Assembly: GCA_963826115.1 (NCBI GenBank)
Contig: CAWGVS010000005.1
Coordinates: 128,001-192,000 of the forward strand
From: an uncultured Candidatus Rokubacteria bacterium
Lineage (GTDB): Bacteria; Methylomirabilota; Methylomirabilia; Rokubacteriales; DASRDR01
Length of the DNA stretch: 64,000 bases
Reading direction: 5' to 3'
The position numbers and the translations under genes were made by a program. This document shows, in pieces, positions 50,999 through 60,970 of this stretch. The notes under the pieces were generated by a model, which was not told the DNA's origin, ran no database searches, and saw nothing but the letters and a program-made list of their open reading frames with translations. The stretch's first letter is position 1. Every line of letters begins with the position of its first letter.

Positions 50999-53900
50999 CA
51001 ACCGGAACCGGGGCCGAGAGCGGGGCCGCCGGGGCCACGCCGCGCCCCGTCCTCGTCCCGCGGCGAACGGGATGGCGGCGGGTGCGGTTCGGCATCGCCA
51101 CCAGGCTCACGCTGGTGGTGATCCCGCTCGTCCTCCTGCCGCTGGCGTCGCTCGCCTACGTCTGGTACTCCAGCACGAAGGCGGCGCTGGAGCTCCAGAT
51201 CCGCGAGGAGCTCCAGGTCCGCCTGCGGCAGGTCGCCCTCCGGCTCCGGCCGTTCCTCCGGGAGCGCGAGCTGGACCTCTACGACCTGGCGAGCTCGCCC
51301 GCCTTGCGCGACTATCAGACGCAGCTCGAGTATCGGCTGGTCCAGGAGGCGGATGTCGCCCTCAAGAAACTGGCCGAGCACTTCGCCCAGTTCCTGAGCC
51401 GCCGCGACGAGGTCGTGGCCGAGGCGCGCTACATCGACCAGACGGGCAACGAGCTGGTCAGCGCGACGGCCCGCAGCGTCAAGCGGGGCGGCCCCAACCA
51501 CGCAAACGCCCCGTTCTTCCTGCGGGCGAAGGCGCTTCGCCCGGACAACGGGATCGCCGCATCCGTGGAGATGTCCGACTCCCTCCAGATCACCGTGCTG
51601 CGGCTGGCTCTCCCCGTGTACAACGAGTGGAAGGAGTTCCGCGGCGCGATGGTCGTGGACCTGCCGCTCTCGTACTTCACGGCGACGCTGGCGGGGGCCC
51701 TGAGCGGGCGACTCGGGACGAACTTCCTCGTCGACGGTGGCGGCGCGATCCTCGGCCCGCCCGGCGCGATGGAGCGCCTGAACGCGTCGTGGAAGGGGCC
51801 GGGCAAGCTGCAGGCGATCCTCCGCACGCCGCCGGGCGACCCCCAGGTGGTCGTCCTCAGCGACGGGGGCCACGGGCTCCTGGTGCGGGCGGCGGTGGGC
51901 GCGCACGGGTGGTCGGTCGGCGTGCTGGCGCCGCTCGTCGAGACCGAGGGCCCGGTGCGCGCGCTCACCCAGTCGACGCTGGCCTACGGGAGCGCCGGCG
52001 CCGTGGTGCTCGTGCTCGCGGTCGTGCTGGTCGCCCGCGGGGCGAGCCGCCGGGTCCGGCGCCTCCAGGCCGCGACCGCCCAGCTGGCGGGCGGAGACTT
52101 CGGGCTCCGGGTCCCCGCGGAGGGCACGGACGAGGTCGCCGACCTCGGCCGCTCGTTCAACCTGATGGCCGAGTCGCTGGCGCGGCGCGACGCGGAAGTC
52201 GGGGCCAGGACCGAGGAGGCGCAGCGCCGGCGCCAGGAGCTCGAGGTCCTGAACGCCGTCATCCAGGCCGCGCACACCTCGCTTGACCTGCGGGAGAGCC
52301 TCGAGGCGATCCTCGACCGGCTGCTCACGCTCTTCGACTTCTCGGCGGGCGCGATCCGCCTCCTCGACGAGACGCGCGACCACCTGGTCCTGGTTGCGCA
52401 CAGCGGCCTCCGGCCGAGCTACGCGGCCAACCCGATCCCGCTGCGGATGGGCGAGGGCGACAGCGGCCACGCGCTCCGCGCCCGCCAGCCCCTGATTCTG
52501 AACGAGCCCTCGGAGATCGCGCCGTACGTGGAGCGCGTCCCCGAGGGGACGAAGGTGGGTGGCGTCCTCCTGATCCCGATCCTGTCGAAGGGCCAGGCGC
52601 TCGGCGCGGTCGTCCTGATCGGGGATCGGACGCTCGACTTCAACGAGACCGAGCTGCGCCTCCTCGGCAGCATCGGCCTGGAGATCGGCACGGCCATCCA
52701 GAACGCGCGCCTCTTCAGCCAGACGCAGGCCCTGCTGGCGGAGGCCGAGCGGCACCGACTCCGCGCCGAGGCGCTCGCGGAGATCGGGCGGTCCGTGACG
52801 GCGACGCTGGATCTCGACCGCGTGCTCGATCTGGTCGTCGAGCGAGTCGCCGAGGCGATGGGGGCGGACGCCGTCAGCATCCTCCGGCTCGACGGAGACG
52901 CGCTCCACTACCTCCGCGCCCGCGGCCTGTCCGCCGATCGGGAGGCGACCCTCGTCCTGAAGGCCGGCGACGAGCCCACCGCCGATGCGGCGCTGATGCG
53001 CGTACCGGTGTGGACGGCCGACCTACCCGCCGATCCGCGCTTCGCGGGGAGCCGGCACGCGCTGGCGCTGTTCAAGAACGAAGGGATCCGCGGGGTCCTG
53101 GCCGCGCCCGTCATCCTCGGGGAGGACGTGTGGGGCATCCTTGGCATCTGCATGCGCGAGGAGCACAAGTTCAGCCCGGAGGACGTCCGTTTCGCCGGCG
53201 CGGTCGCGCAGCAGGCGGCGATCGCCATCGGCAACGCGAAGCTGTACGCGGACCTCCGCTCCGCCTACGCGCAGCTCGAGGCCGCGCAGGAGCAGGCGGT
53301 GCAGACGGCGAAGCTCGGCGCCCTCGGGCAGATGGCGGGCGGCGTCGCCCACGATTTCAACAACCTCCTGGCCGCGATCCTCGGCCGGGCGGAGCTTCTC
53401 CAGCGGCGCACGTCCGACCCGACGGTGGTGCAGGGGCTCAAGGTCATCCAGGGCGCCGCGCTCGACGGGGCGGAGACGGTGCGGCGGATCCTCGGTTTCG
53501 CGCGCGCCAAGGGCGAGGAGCAGGCGGAGCCGGTCGAGATCGCTCCGCTCCTGCAGCAGGTCGTGGAGATCGCCCGGCCACGGTGGAAGGACGAGGCGCA
53601 GGCGCGCGGCGCGCTCATCAACGTGACGCTCGCCCTCGAGCCGGTGCCGCCGGTTCGCGGCAACGCGGCGGAGCTGCGCGAGGTCTTCCTGAACCTCCTC
53701 CTGAACGCCGTCGACGCGATGCCGACCGGCGGCACGCTCACGCTCGGCGTGCACGGGCGCGAGCCGGGTGACGGCGCGGGGGAGGGTCTCGGCGAGACGG
53801 TCGAGTGCTTCGTCCGCGATACCGGCGTCGGAATGTCCTCCGAGGTGCGCCGGCGGGCGTTCGACCCGTTCTTCACGACCAAGGGGGCCCGCGGTACGGG

Positions 53901-54438
53901 GCTCGGCCTTTCGGTCGTCTACGGCATCGTGTCGCGCCACGGCGGCCGTGCCCGGATCGACAGCCGCGAGAACGTGGGGACGACGGTCACGGTCCACCTG
54001 CCGGTGTTCACCGGTCGGCACGCCGAGCCGGCGCACGAGCCGAGCCCGGTGGAGATCGGCAGCGCGCGGATTCTCGTCGTCGACGACGAGGAGGTCCTGG
54101 CCCAGATGCTCGCGGACATCCTCCGACTCGAAGCCGGCCACGTCGTCGAGGTCATGACGGACGCGCGCGCCGCGCTCGACCGCGTCGCCGCCAGCCCGCC
54201 GGACCTCCTGTTCACCGACCTCGGAATGCCCGTCCTGTCGGGCTGGGAGCTGGCCGCCCAGGCCCGCGCGCTCCATCCTGGACTCCCCGTCGTCCTGGTC
54301 ACGGGGTGGGGGCACCAGCTCGACCCCGACCGCGTCCGCGCCTCGGGAGTCGTCGGGGTGGTCGCCAAGCCCTACCGGATCGAGGACATCCGGAAGGCCG
54401 TGGCCGGCGCGCTTGCCGGCGCGCTCCAGAGCACCTGA
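50995..54438 (+). CDS. Hybrid histidine kinase Cache-HAMP-2xGAF-HisKA-HATPase-REC
   Basis: GVAHDFNNLL, NLLLNAVDAM, FDPFFTTKG..GTGLGL, FTDLGMP; ATGA overlap with the binding-protein gene. Confidence 0.93.
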   Translation: MTTGTGAESGAAGATPRPVLVPRRTGWRRVRFGIATRLTLVVIPLVLLPLASLAYVWYSSTKAALELQIREELQVRLRQVALRLRPFLRERELDLYDLASSPALRDYQTQLEYRLVQEADVALKKLAEHFAQFLSRRDEVVAEARYIDQTGNELVSATARSVKRGGPNHANAPFFLRAKALRPDNGIAASVEMSDSLQITVLRLALPVYNEWKEFRGAMVVDLPLSYFTATLAGALSGRLGTNFLVDGGGAILGPPGAMERLNASWKGPGKLQAILRTPPGDPQVVVLSDGGHGLLVRAAVGAHGWSVGVLAPLVETEGPVRALTQSTLAYGSAGAVVLVLAVVLVARGASRRVRRLQAATAQLAGGDFGLRVPAEGTDEVADLGRSFNLMAESLARRDAEVGARTEEAQRRRQELEVLNAVIQAAHTSLDLRESLEAILDRLLTLFDFSAGAIRLLDETRDHLVLVAHSGLRPSYAANPIPLRMGEGDSGHALRARQPLILNEPSEIAPYVERVPEGTKVGGVLLIPILSKGQALGAVVLIGDRTLDFNETELRLLGSIGLEIGTAIQNARLFSQTQALLAEAERHRLRAEALAEIGRSVTATLDLDRVLDLVVERVAEAMGADAVSILRLDGDALHYLRARGLSADREATLVLKAGDEPTADAALMRVPVWTADLPADPRFAGSRHALALFKNEGIRGVLAAPVILGEDVWGILGICMREEHKFSPEDVRFAGAVAQQAAIAIGNAKLYADLRSAYAQLEAAQEQAVQTAKLGALGQMAGGVAHDFNNLLAAILGRAELLQRRTSDPTVVQGLKVIQGAALDGAETVRRILGFARAKGEEQAEPVEIAPLLQQVVEIARPRWKDEAQARGALINVTLALEPVPPVRGNAAELREVFLNLLLNAVDAMPTGGTLTLGVHGREPGDGAGEGLGETVECFVRDTGVGMSSEVRRRAFDPFFTTKGARGTGLGLSVVYGIVSRHGGRARIDSRENVGTTVTVHLPVFTGRHAEPAHEPSPVEIGSARILVVDDEEVLAQMLADILRLEAGHVVEVMTDARAALDRVAASPPDLLFTDLGMPVLSGWELAAQARALHPGLPVVLVTGWGHQLDPDRVRASGVVGVVAKPYRIEDIRKAVAGALAGALQST

Positions 54439-54469
54439 CGCGGCGCGGCTCCGGGCCGCGCCGGCGCGC

Positions 54470-55369
54470 TCACCCCTTCAACTTCGGGATGACGTCGCGC
54501 GCGATCCGCTCGAACGCCGGCCGCTGGTCGGCCACTGCGGGGAAGTAGAGGCCGAGCTCGGACATGCCGAGCTCGCGAAGACGGCCCACCATGTCGCCGA
54601 AGGCGCCTGCGGAGTCGTAGTACGCGAGGCGGCCACCGCTGGCGCGCGCCGCCGGGTCGAACATGAGGTAGGAGCGCCGGATCGACGCCGGATCCCGGCC
54701 GATGGCGGCGCAGGCGTCGTCCATCCGCGCCGCGCGCTCGGCCGTCTCGGCGAGCTGCGCGTCGAAGGTCTTGGCGAAGCTCAGACTGTTCCAGTTGTCG
54801 GCGTGGCGCGCCGCGTGCCGGAGCATCGCGGGGCCGAGCGCGGCGACGATGATGGGCGGGCGAGGCCGCTGGACGGGGCGGGGGTTCATCATCACGTCCT
54901 TGACCTGGTAGTACCGCCCCGCGTAGCTCGACTGCTCGTTCGAGAGCAGCCGGTCCACGATCTCCACGTACTCCGCGAACCGCGCCACGCGCTCCTTCGG
55001 CTCCCAGTTGGGGATGCCGATCATGTCGTACGCGGGATCGATGCTGAGGCCGGTGCCGAGACCCACCTCGAGCCGACCCCCGGAGACGTGGTCCACCGTG
55101 AGCGCCTGGCGCGCCAGCATGGCGGGGTGGCGGAGCGGGATCTGGGAGACGAGGGTCGCGAGCCTGATGCGCGTCGTGGCCCGCGCCGCGGCCGCCAGGA
55201 CGGTCCAGGCCTCGAGCCAGGGCGTCGCGGGCTTCGTCCAGTCCACGAAGTGGTCGGCGGTGCTGACCACGTCGAAGCCGAGGTCCTCGACGTAGGTGAA
55301 GCGGCGCACCATCTCGTCCCACGGGACGTTCGGCAGGACGAGGACCTGAAATCTCAGGTCGTGAGTCAC
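54470..55369 (-). CDS. LLM-class flavin-dependent oxidoreductase
   Basis: GFDVVSTADHF, EAWTVLAA, DHVSGGRLEVGLG, PVQRPRPP. Confidence 0.92.
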   Translation of the reverse strand: MTHDLRFQVLVLPNVPWDEMVRRFTYVEDLGFDVVSTADHFVDWTKPATPWLEAWTVLAAAARATTRIRLATLVSQIPLRHPAMLARQALTVDHVSGGRLEVGLGTGLSIDPAYDMIGIPNWEPKERVARFAEYVEIVDRLLSNEQSSYAGRYYQVKDVMMNPRPVQRPRPPIIVAALGPAMLRHAARHADNWNSLSFAKTFDAQLAETAERAARMDDACAAIGRDPASIRRSYLMFDPAARASGGRLAYYDSAGAFGDMVGRLRELGMSELGLYFPAVADQRPAFERIARDVIPKLKG

Positions 55370-55382
55370 GGCTCGACCGCGG

Positions 55383-56255
55383 CTAGCTCATCCCCGGCAC
55401 GAAGGCGTCGCGCCCGCGCTGGTACGTCGGCTGCCGCTGGGCGACGTTGCGGTTGACCAGCGGACGGAGGTAGAGCGGGCTCCGGAGGCTCCGGACCTCG
55501 TGCTCGACCGTGAAGAGCACCCGTCCCGTGTCCGGGTCGACGATGTTCTCGAACCGGTACTGGTACCAGTTGCTCTCCTCGGTGACGAGGCCCCGCTCCG
55601 CGAGCCAGCGGTGCGGCCCGGAGAAGTTCGCGATGTAGATCTGGACGTGGTGGCCGTCGTAGGGCGGGATCGGGTCCGCGGTCTCGCGGAAGACGAGCTC
55701 CTGCTGCGGCCCGACCGTGACCCGCGCCGCCACCGCGCCGCCGTGGCGGGCGACCACCGAAGGCGCGCCGAGCCCTTCCCGGTAGAAGCGCGCGATGCCG
55801 TCCGCGGCGCCCTGCTCGACGGTGAACTCGATGTACGGCATGCCGAGCGTCATGTCCCCGAAGGCCGGGCCGGGCGGGTGGCAGCGCAGGACGTTGCCCC
55901 AGGGCGAGACCACCCGGACGTGCTTGTCCTCGATCGAGTAGGCGAACCGGGTGCCGGCGAGCGGTCCCTTCACCGTGGCCAGACGCGCGGGGAGCTCGTC
56001 GAAGTCGGGAATGACGAGGCCGACATCGCCGCGGAGCACCTGCGCCGGGCCCGTGGGCAGGTGGAACTGCTGCTGGCCGATGTTGGCCCACATGTTCGTG
56101 AGCCCGACCATCAGGTACGGGTCGCGGGTCAGGCCGAGCCCCACGAAGTAGAAGAGCGTGGCGAGCTGCTGGTCCGGAATTTTGACGTTCACGTGCTCCA
56201 GCGCCACGATGTTGCCCACGTCCTGGGTGCTCCGGTCGTACTTGCCGTCCGCCAT
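55383..56255 (-). CDS. Conserved VOC/glyoxalase-like protein
   Basis: LEHVNVKIPDQQLATLFY, GQQQFHLP, YDGHHVQIY, EHEVRS; GGAGG RBS before ATG 56255. Confidence 0.75.
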   Translation of the reverse strand: MADGKYDRSTQDVGNIVALEHVNVKIPDQQLATLFYFVGLGLTRDPYLMVGLTNMWANIGQQQFHLPTGPAQVLRGDVGLVIPDFDELPARLATVKGPLAGTRFAYSIEDKHVRVVSPWGNVLRCHPPGPAFGDMTLGMPYIEFTVEQGAADGIARFYREGLGAPSVVARHGGAVAARVTVGPQQELVFRETADPIPPYDGHHVQIYIANFSGPHRWLAERGLVTEESNWYQYRFENIVDPDTGRVLFTVEHEVRSLRSPLYLRPLVNRNVAQRQPTYQRGRDAFVPGMS

Positions 56256-56377
56256 GGCGTCGCCTCCCGCTCGATGGGCCTGCCGTCGCCGCCAGCTTAG
56301 CGCGGTCTCCCCGGCGGGACAACGCTGCCGGAAGCGGCCCGGGACAGGGGAGCGGCGGCGGGACGGACTCGCCCGCG

Positions 56378-57176
56378 CTACGAGGTGGCGAGAAACTCGC
56401 CCACGAGCCGGGCGACGCGGTCCGGCTGCTCGAGGTGCGGGGCGTGGCCGGCCCCGTCGACGGTGGCCACGCGGGCGCCGGCGATCCGTCGTGCGAACTC
56501 CTCGGCGTACACCCGCGGGACGATCCGGTCCTCCTCTCCCCAGACGACGAGCGTCGGGGCGCTGACCCGGTGGATCCGCCGCTTCAGCCCCTTGTCCGGT
56601 ATCGGCCAGAGGAACTTGCCGGTGGCGCCCATGGCCCACTGGAGACCGACCCGCGCCAGGATCCGCGCTTCTGGGTCCTCCGGCGGCGCGAACATTCGTC
56701 GCGCGGCCTCGCCGTCGGCGTCGCGGAAGACGCGGCCCGGCGAGATCCGTGTGCGCGAGGAGCATCCAGTTGGGGATGGGCGTGTCGTCGCGCCAGAGCC
56801 CGAGCGCGTCGATCAGGACGAGCCGCGCCGCGCGGGCGGGGTAGGCGGCCGCGACCTCGCAGGCGACCATGGCCCCGAACGAGTGGCCGACCAGGTGCGC
56901 CCTCTCGAGACCGAGCCCGGCGAGGAGCTCCTCGTAGCACAGGACCAGGTCCCAGACGCCGTCGAGGGCGTAGATGTCGTCGGGTCGGTCCGGCGAGGTG
57001 CCGGGGTGCTCGGGAGCGTAGATGGTGAAGCGCTCGGCCAGCTCGTCCAGGAACGGATCCCACGCGAGCCCCCACGGCCCGTGGAAGAAGACGAGGGCGG
57101 GGCCGCGTCCTTTCGTGCGGACGCGCATGTGGACCTGGCCCTGCCAGACGGCGACCGTCCGGAGCGTGGCGGTCAT
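56378..57176 (-). CDS. Alpha/beta hydrolase; one frameshift at ~56737
   Basis: VFFHG, LVGHSFG nucleophile motif; continues in ORF 56378..56695 with WGEEDRIV and GHAPHLEQP. Confidence 0.85.
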
Positions 57177-58429
57177 CCGACGGTCGGGACGGCCGCGGCC
57201 GCCACCGGGGGACGGGCAGGCTCGCGGAGCCCCCGGGGCCACCAGTGGTTCACCCAGCCCTCGTCGTCCCAGAGCCCGCGGAGGTGGGGCAGGACCTCCT
57301 GGCCGAGGAGCGAGATGTTCTTCAGCGTGAGCTCGTGGGACATGGAGCCGATGTGGACGAGGAGCATCAGGTTCCCGACGCGCAGGCCCTTCACCACCTC
57401 TTCCTCGAGACGCTGACGGACGGTGGCCGGGCTTCCCGCGATCACGTAGCCCCGCTCCGCGAAATCCCGGAACTTGAGGTCCTTGGGATCCTCGGTCCGC
57501 CGCATGGGGTTGCGAGCGGCGGCGAGGAGGCTGCGGTAGTCCTGGTTGCCGGGCGGCGAGAACCACGGCGTCGGGACGTGCAGGCACTTGTGGTAGAAGT
57601 ACTCGACGTGCCGCGCGTAGTCCGCCTCGGCGCGCGCGTCGGTCTCCGACACTGCGACCAGCTGGAGGAACCCCGCGCGGTACGGGTTCGGCTCCTTGCC
57701 GCTCCGTGCCACGACGTCCCAGTAGGCGTCCATCAGCTTCTTCGCCGGCCGGGCCCCCGAGTAGCTCAGGAAGCAGTAGCAGACGTCGTGCTCGACGGCG
57801 AAGTCGAACGTGCTGATGCTTCCGGAGCCAGGCACCCACACCGGGGGATGCGGGGTCTGGATCGGGCGCGGCCACAGGTTCACGTTGGCCAGCTGGTAGT
57901 AGCGGCCGTTCCAGGCGAAGATCTCCCGTGCCTGCCACGCCTTGAGGGTGAGGGCGAACGCCTCGCGGTACCGCTCGCGCTGCTCGATCGGCGTGATCCC
58001 GTAGCAGAGGTTCACGTCCATCGGACTGCCGAGAGGCAGGCCGGCGACGAGTCGCCCCCCGCTGATGCAGTCGAGCATCGCGTACTCCTCGGCGACGCGG
58101 ATGGGCGGGTTCGACGTGGGCAGGGTGGACCCCATCTGCACGATGGCGACGTTCGTGCCCTGCGTGAGCTTGGCCAGCGCGCTCCCCATCAGGTTGGGGC
58201 TCGGCATGAAGCCGTATGCGTTCTGGTGATGCTCGTTGGTGCAGATGCCGTCGAACCCCGCGCGCGCGGCGTACAGGAGCTCGTCGAGCGTCCAGTTGTA
58301 GTACTCGCCCACCCGCCGGGCGTCGGCCAGCTCCCACCAGGGCGGCGTCACCCAGACCGAGTCGTAGCGCTGCTCGAAGTCGTCCGGAAGCTCCCGGTGC
58401 GGCATCAGGTGGAAGGCGCTGATCTTCAT
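57173..58429 (-). CDS. LLM-class flavin-dependent oxidoreductase
   Basis: GFDGICTNEHHQ..YGFMPSPNL, RVAEEYAMLDCISGGRL, PRPIQTPHPP; AAAGGAG RBS. Confidence 0.92.
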   Translation of the reverse strand: MKISAFHLMPHRELPDDFEQRYDSVWVTPPWWELADARRVGEYYNWTLDELLYAARAGFDGICTNEHHQNAYGFMPSPNLMGSALAKLTQGTNVAIVQMGSTLPTSNPPIRVAEEYAMLDCISGGRLVAGLPLGSPMDVNLCYGITPIEQRERYREAFALTLKAWQAREIFAWNGRYYQLANVNLWPRPIQTPHPPVWVPGSGSISTFDFAVEHDVCYCFLSYSGARPAKKLMDAYWDVVARSGKEPNPYRAGFLQLVAVSETDARAEADYARHVEYFYHKCLHVPTPWFSPPGNQDYRSLLAAARNPMRRTEDPKDLKFRDFAERGYVIAGSPATVRQRLEEEVVKGLRVGNLMLLVHIGSMSHELTLKNISLLGQEVLPHLRGLWDDEGWVNHWWPRGLREPARPPVAAAAVPTVG

Positions 58430-58630
58430 GGGGCTCCTTTCGAGACAGCGCGTCCACCGTACGAGGCGTCTCGCGACGCTGTCAATCCCGCCGTGACTCC
58501 GCGCGACCGCGCGGGGCGCGCCCGGCCGGGCCGTTGCGGCGGCCGGCGGCGGTGACCTATGCTGCCCGCGGCAGGGAGGGATCGACTTGCTCGAGGGCCG
58601 CGACGTCCGCGTCTCACCGACGGTCCGCTG

Positions 58631-59623
58631 ATGCGCATCGACCTCCACACCCACGTCGTGCCCGATCGCTGGGAGGACTTCGCGAGCCGCCACGGCGGCG
58701 GCCGGTGGCCGCGCCTGGTCCACCGCGACGCCTGCCGGGCCACGATCATGACGGGCGATGCCGTCTTCCGCGAGGTCGACGACCGGTCGTGGCGCCCGGA
58801 GCGGCGGATCGAGGACATGGACCGGCTGGGGATCGATCGCCAGGCGCTCTCGCCGCCTCCGATCATGTTCTGCTACTGGGCCGAGCCGCGCGCCGCCCAG
58901 GCCTTCGCCCGGATCCAGAACGAGAACGTGGCGGCCATCGTCGCGCGGTACCCGCGGCGATTCGTCGGGATGGCCACGGTGCCGCTCCAGGATCCCGCCC
59001 TCGCCATCGAGGAGCTCCGCGAGGCGCGCGAGCGGCTCGGCCTCCGCGCGGTCGAGATCGGGACCTGCCCGGGCGGACGGGACTTCGACGACCCGGACCT
59101 GTTCCCGTTCTTCGCCGCCTGCCGCGACCTCGACGTCGCGGTGTTCGTCCACCCCGCCGCGCCGCTCGTGGGGCAGGAGCGGCTCACGAAGTACTACTTT
59201 CAGCTGATCGTCGGGAACCCGCTCGAGACGGCGGTGGCCATCTCGAAGCTGATCTACGGCGGCGTGCTGGAGCGCCTGCCCGACCTCCGCATCTGCTTCG
59301 CCCACGGCGGCGGGGCGTTCCCGTTCACGCTCGGTCGGCTGGACTACGGCTGGTCGGTGCGGCCGGAGGGTCCGGCGTCCATCCCGAGACGGCCACGGGA
59401 GTACGCGCGGCTCCTCCACTTCGACTCCCTCACGCACAGCCCGGCCAACCTCCGGTTCCTGGTCGCCGAGTTCGGCGCCGACCGGGTGGTCATGGGCAGC
59501 GACTACCCGTTCGACATGGGCAGCCCGGACCCGGTGGCGGCCATTGGCGAGGCGGGGCTCGACCCGCGAGCCCGGTCGCTCGTCGAGGGGGGCACGGCGG
59601 CGCGGTTCCTCGCGCTCGCTTGA
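58631..59623 (+). CDS. Amidohydrolase-2 family (ACMSD-like decarboxylase)
   Basis: IDLHTH, VFVHP, VGNPLET, FAHGGG, MGSDYPFDMG. Confidence 0.92.
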   Translation: MRIDLHTHVVPDRWEDFASRHGGGRWPRLVHRDACRATIMTGDAVFREVDDRSWRPERRIEDMDRLGIDRQALSPPPIMFCYWAEPRAAQAFARIQNENVAAIVARYPRRFVGMATVPLQDPALAIEELREARERLGLRAVEIGTCPGGRDFDDPDLFPFFAACRDLDVAVFVHPAAPLVGQERLTKYYFQLIVGNPLETAVAISKLIYGGVLERLPDLRICFAHGGGAFPFTLGRLDYGWSVRPEGPASIPRRPREYARLLHFDSLTHSPANLRFLVAEFGADRVVMGSDYPFDMGSPDPVAAIGEAGLDPRARSLVEGGTAARFLALA

Positions 59624-59654
59624 CGCCCGCGGGTCCGGCGCGACAATGAAGGTG

Positions 59655-59927
59655 ATGAGAGCGATCGTCGCGGCCGCGACCCTTCTCTTCCTCGCCGGGG
59701 CGGCGAGCGCCCAGTCAGGCGGGGTGTCCGGGGCCATCGACCGGCAGCAGCAGAACCTGGCGATCCAACAGGAGCAGCGTCGCCAGGAGGTCGAGCGGCA
59801 GACGGGGACTCTCCAGCGGCAGCAGGAGCGGAGCCTCGACCTCCAGCTCCTCCAGCGGCAGCAGCCGATCCGGCCGCCGGGCTCGCCGAGCTGCGCGCCC
59901 GTCCGCGGCCCGCTCCTCTGCCAGTAA
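59655..59927 (+). CDS. Small secreted Gln-rich protein with a C-terminal Cys pair
   Basis: Signal peptide ending ASA, Q/R-rich coil, SCAPVRGPLLCQ; TTGACG-16-GACAAT lies 7 nt before ATG 59655. Confidence 0.7.
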   Translation: MRAIVAAATLLFLAGAASAQSGGVSGAIDRQQQNLAIQQEQRRQEVERQTGTLQRQQERSLDLQLLQRQQPIRPPGSPSCAPVRGPLLCQ

Positions 59928-59964
59928 GCCGACCGCCCGGCCGGCTCCGCGTCCCGGGACGCGC

Positions 59965-60936
59965 CTACGTGTCGAGCAGCGACTCGTGGAAGAGCTCGTC
60001 CGCCGACAGGCGCCGCGGCGCCAGGCCCTGGCGGAACGAGTAACCGGCCAGCGTCTCCACGGTCTTGCGGGTCCGGGCGACGCCGTAGGGGAACGGGTCG
60101 TCTCCCATCAGGGCTCGGGTCTCCTCGACCTCGGCCACCAGCCACGGCAGGACGTAGGGCAAGGTCGCCGTGTCCGCCACGCGCCGGTAGGCGACGCGCT
60201 TCGCCTCGCCGAACGCCTCGTAGAGGGCCCGCGGGAGCCGCGGGTGCGCGCGCGCCAGCTCCTCCTTGATGACCACCGTGTGCATGATGGGGAAGATCCC
60301 GGTCCTCTGGTAGTAATCGCGCTCCACGCGCCGGAAGTCCGGGAACAGCCGGCGCACCGCCGCGCCGCTTCCCGCGCCCGCCGGCCTCCGGGCGCCCACG
60401 AACGCGTCGAGCTCCCCGGAGGCCAGGAGCTGGCCGAGCGTCCGGTCGCCGGGCACCACTTGGTGGGGCACGTCCGGCGGCAGTGTCACGTCGACCTCCT
60501 TCACCGCCGAGCCCTCGCCGCCCTCGAACCACTGCATGTCGCGGGGGGCCACGCCGTACTCGTCCTCCAAGATGCCCCGGACCCACACGGCGGCGGTCAT
60601 GTGGTACTTCGGCACCCCCACGCGCTTGCCGACGAGGTCGCGGGGCTCCCGGATCCCCGCGTCGTCGCGCACGAAGATCGCCGAGTGTCGGAACGAGAAG
60701 GACGGGAAGACCGGAATGGCCACCAGCGGCACGCCGCGCCCGCGGAGCACGGTGTAGGTCGACAGGGAAAGCTCCGAGACGTCGAACTCGCGGAAGCGCG
60801 CCATCCGGTAGAACATCTCCTCGGGCTCCAGGGGGATCACCCGGAGCTCGACCCCATCCGGGCGCACCGCCCCGGTGCGGAGCGGCAGCGTGCGATCGTA
60901 GTCGCCGCAGGCGAGCGTGAGCGCGAGCGAGCTCAT
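59965..60936 (-). CDS. 4,5-dihydroxyphthalate decarboxylase-like / periplasmic-binding-fold protein
   Basis: LTLACGDYDRT, FDVSELSLS, IPVFPS..FRH, TGIFPIMH. Confidence 0.85.
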   Translation of the reverse strand: MSSLALTLACGDYDRTLPLRTGAVRPDGVELRVIPLEPEEMFYRMARFREFDVSELSLSTYTVLRGRGVPLVAIPVFPSFSFRHSAIFVRDDAGIREPRDLVGKRVGVPKYHMTAAVWVRGILEDEYGVAPRDMQWFEGGEGSAVKEVDVTLPPDVPHQVVPGDRTLGQLLASGELDAFVGARRPAGAGSGAAVRRLFPDFRRVERDYYQRTGIFPIMHTVVIKEELARAHPRLPRALYEAFGEAKRVAYRRVADTATLPYVLPWLVAEVEETRALMGDDPFPYGVARTRKTVETLAGYSFRQGLAPRRLSADELFHESLLDT

Positions 60937-60970
60937 GGCAAGTTGACGCCTCTCGGCTCGATAACCTAGC

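Noticed and set aside
55383-58457. Apparent 1024-aa hydrolase-VOC fusion
   Set aside because: Artefact of the frameshift at ~56737; the VOC-like gene has its own RBS and ATG at 56255
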